NCBI GenBank assembly: GCA_964639295.1
Contig: CAZXDT010000003.1
Coordinates: 65,304 to 129,303, forward strand
Direction of reading: 5' to 3'
Length of the DNA stretch: 64,000 bases
DNA from: an uncultured Candidatus Saccharibacteria bacterium
GTDB lineage: Bacteria; Patescibacteriota; Saccharimonadia; Saccharimonadales; JALRHH01
Shown: positions 63,907-64,000 of the stretch, piece by piece
Position numbering within the stretch: the stretch's first letter is position 1
Layout of the letters: each line of letters begins with the position of its first letter
Notes under the pieces: model-generated
What the model saw: the letters and a program-made list of their open reading frames with translations, nothing else
The model's database searches: none
Told to the model about the DNA's origin: nothing
Position numbers and translations under genes: made by a program

Positions 63907-64000
63907 TTACTCACCAGCGAAGACACGCTGAGCAACAACAACCTGGTCTATGTCCTTGGCTTGTTCTTCTGCAGAGAGTTGGTCAAACGGTACGTCAAGC
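63907..64000 (-). CDS. 3' end of a minus-strand CDS truncated by the window edge
   Basis: The open frame runs from the window edge (...LDVPFDQLSAEEQAKDIDQVVVAQRVFAGE) to the TAA at 63907-63909. Confidence 0.35.
   Translation of the reverse strand, partial: LDVPFDQLSAEEQAKDIDQVVVAQRVFAGE

Noticed and set aside
1-64000. Searched for CRISPR arrays, transposases, integrases, reverse transcriptases/DGR template-variable repeat pairs, rRNA genes and an alternative genetic code (UGA recoding).
   Set aside because: No regularly spaced direct repeats and no such enzyme motifs were seen. The repeated CDTDTHTL modules in the first gene are diverged protein-domain repeats, not near-identical DNA copies. 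Long genes terminate normally at TGA, TAA and TAG, so the standard code fits.

Overview
This is a gene-dense window, about 70 protein genes and 6 tRNAs, that reads cleanly in the standard bacterial code because long ORFs end at TGA, TAA and TAG. The gene content points to a reduced-genome monoderm bacterium of the Patescibacteria/CPR type, possibly Saccharibacteria. That inference rests on type IV pilus genes with no secretin in the window, sortases with cell-wall-anchored adhesins, RNase Y, a stand-alone VKOR, a truncated TsaB and a short HrcA. The taxon is an inference, not something shown directly. Housekeeping genes recognised with confidence are rny, recA-recX, ruvCAB plus a yebC-family gene, hrcA-grpE-dnaK-dnaJ with four CIRCE operators, lepA, murJ, ftsH, tilS and tsaB/tsaE. 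The tRNAs are His, Arg, Gly, Pro, Lys and CAU, and all have an encoded CCA. The accessory content includes the following:
- A pilB-pilC-pilin, three minor pilins and pilMNO cluster.
- An adhesin-sortase operon whose second sortase paralog has Ser in place of the catalytic Cys.
- A secreted DUF1524 nuclease.
- A GH10 xylanase.
- A MarR-MFS pair.
- A TPCP-motif P1B ATPase.

The most interesting locus is a tightly packed minus-strand operon at 34.9-41.0 kb, directly downstream of dnaJ. It combines a bona fide RimK, a second ATP-grasp ligase, two MATCAP/DUF1704-like HExxxH metallopeptidases, a class-I amidotransferase-fold protein and an untracked 36-codon membrane peptide gene. I interpret it as a candidate C-terminal amino-acid ligation/trimming system. 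No CRISPR array, transposase, integrase or rRNA was seen.
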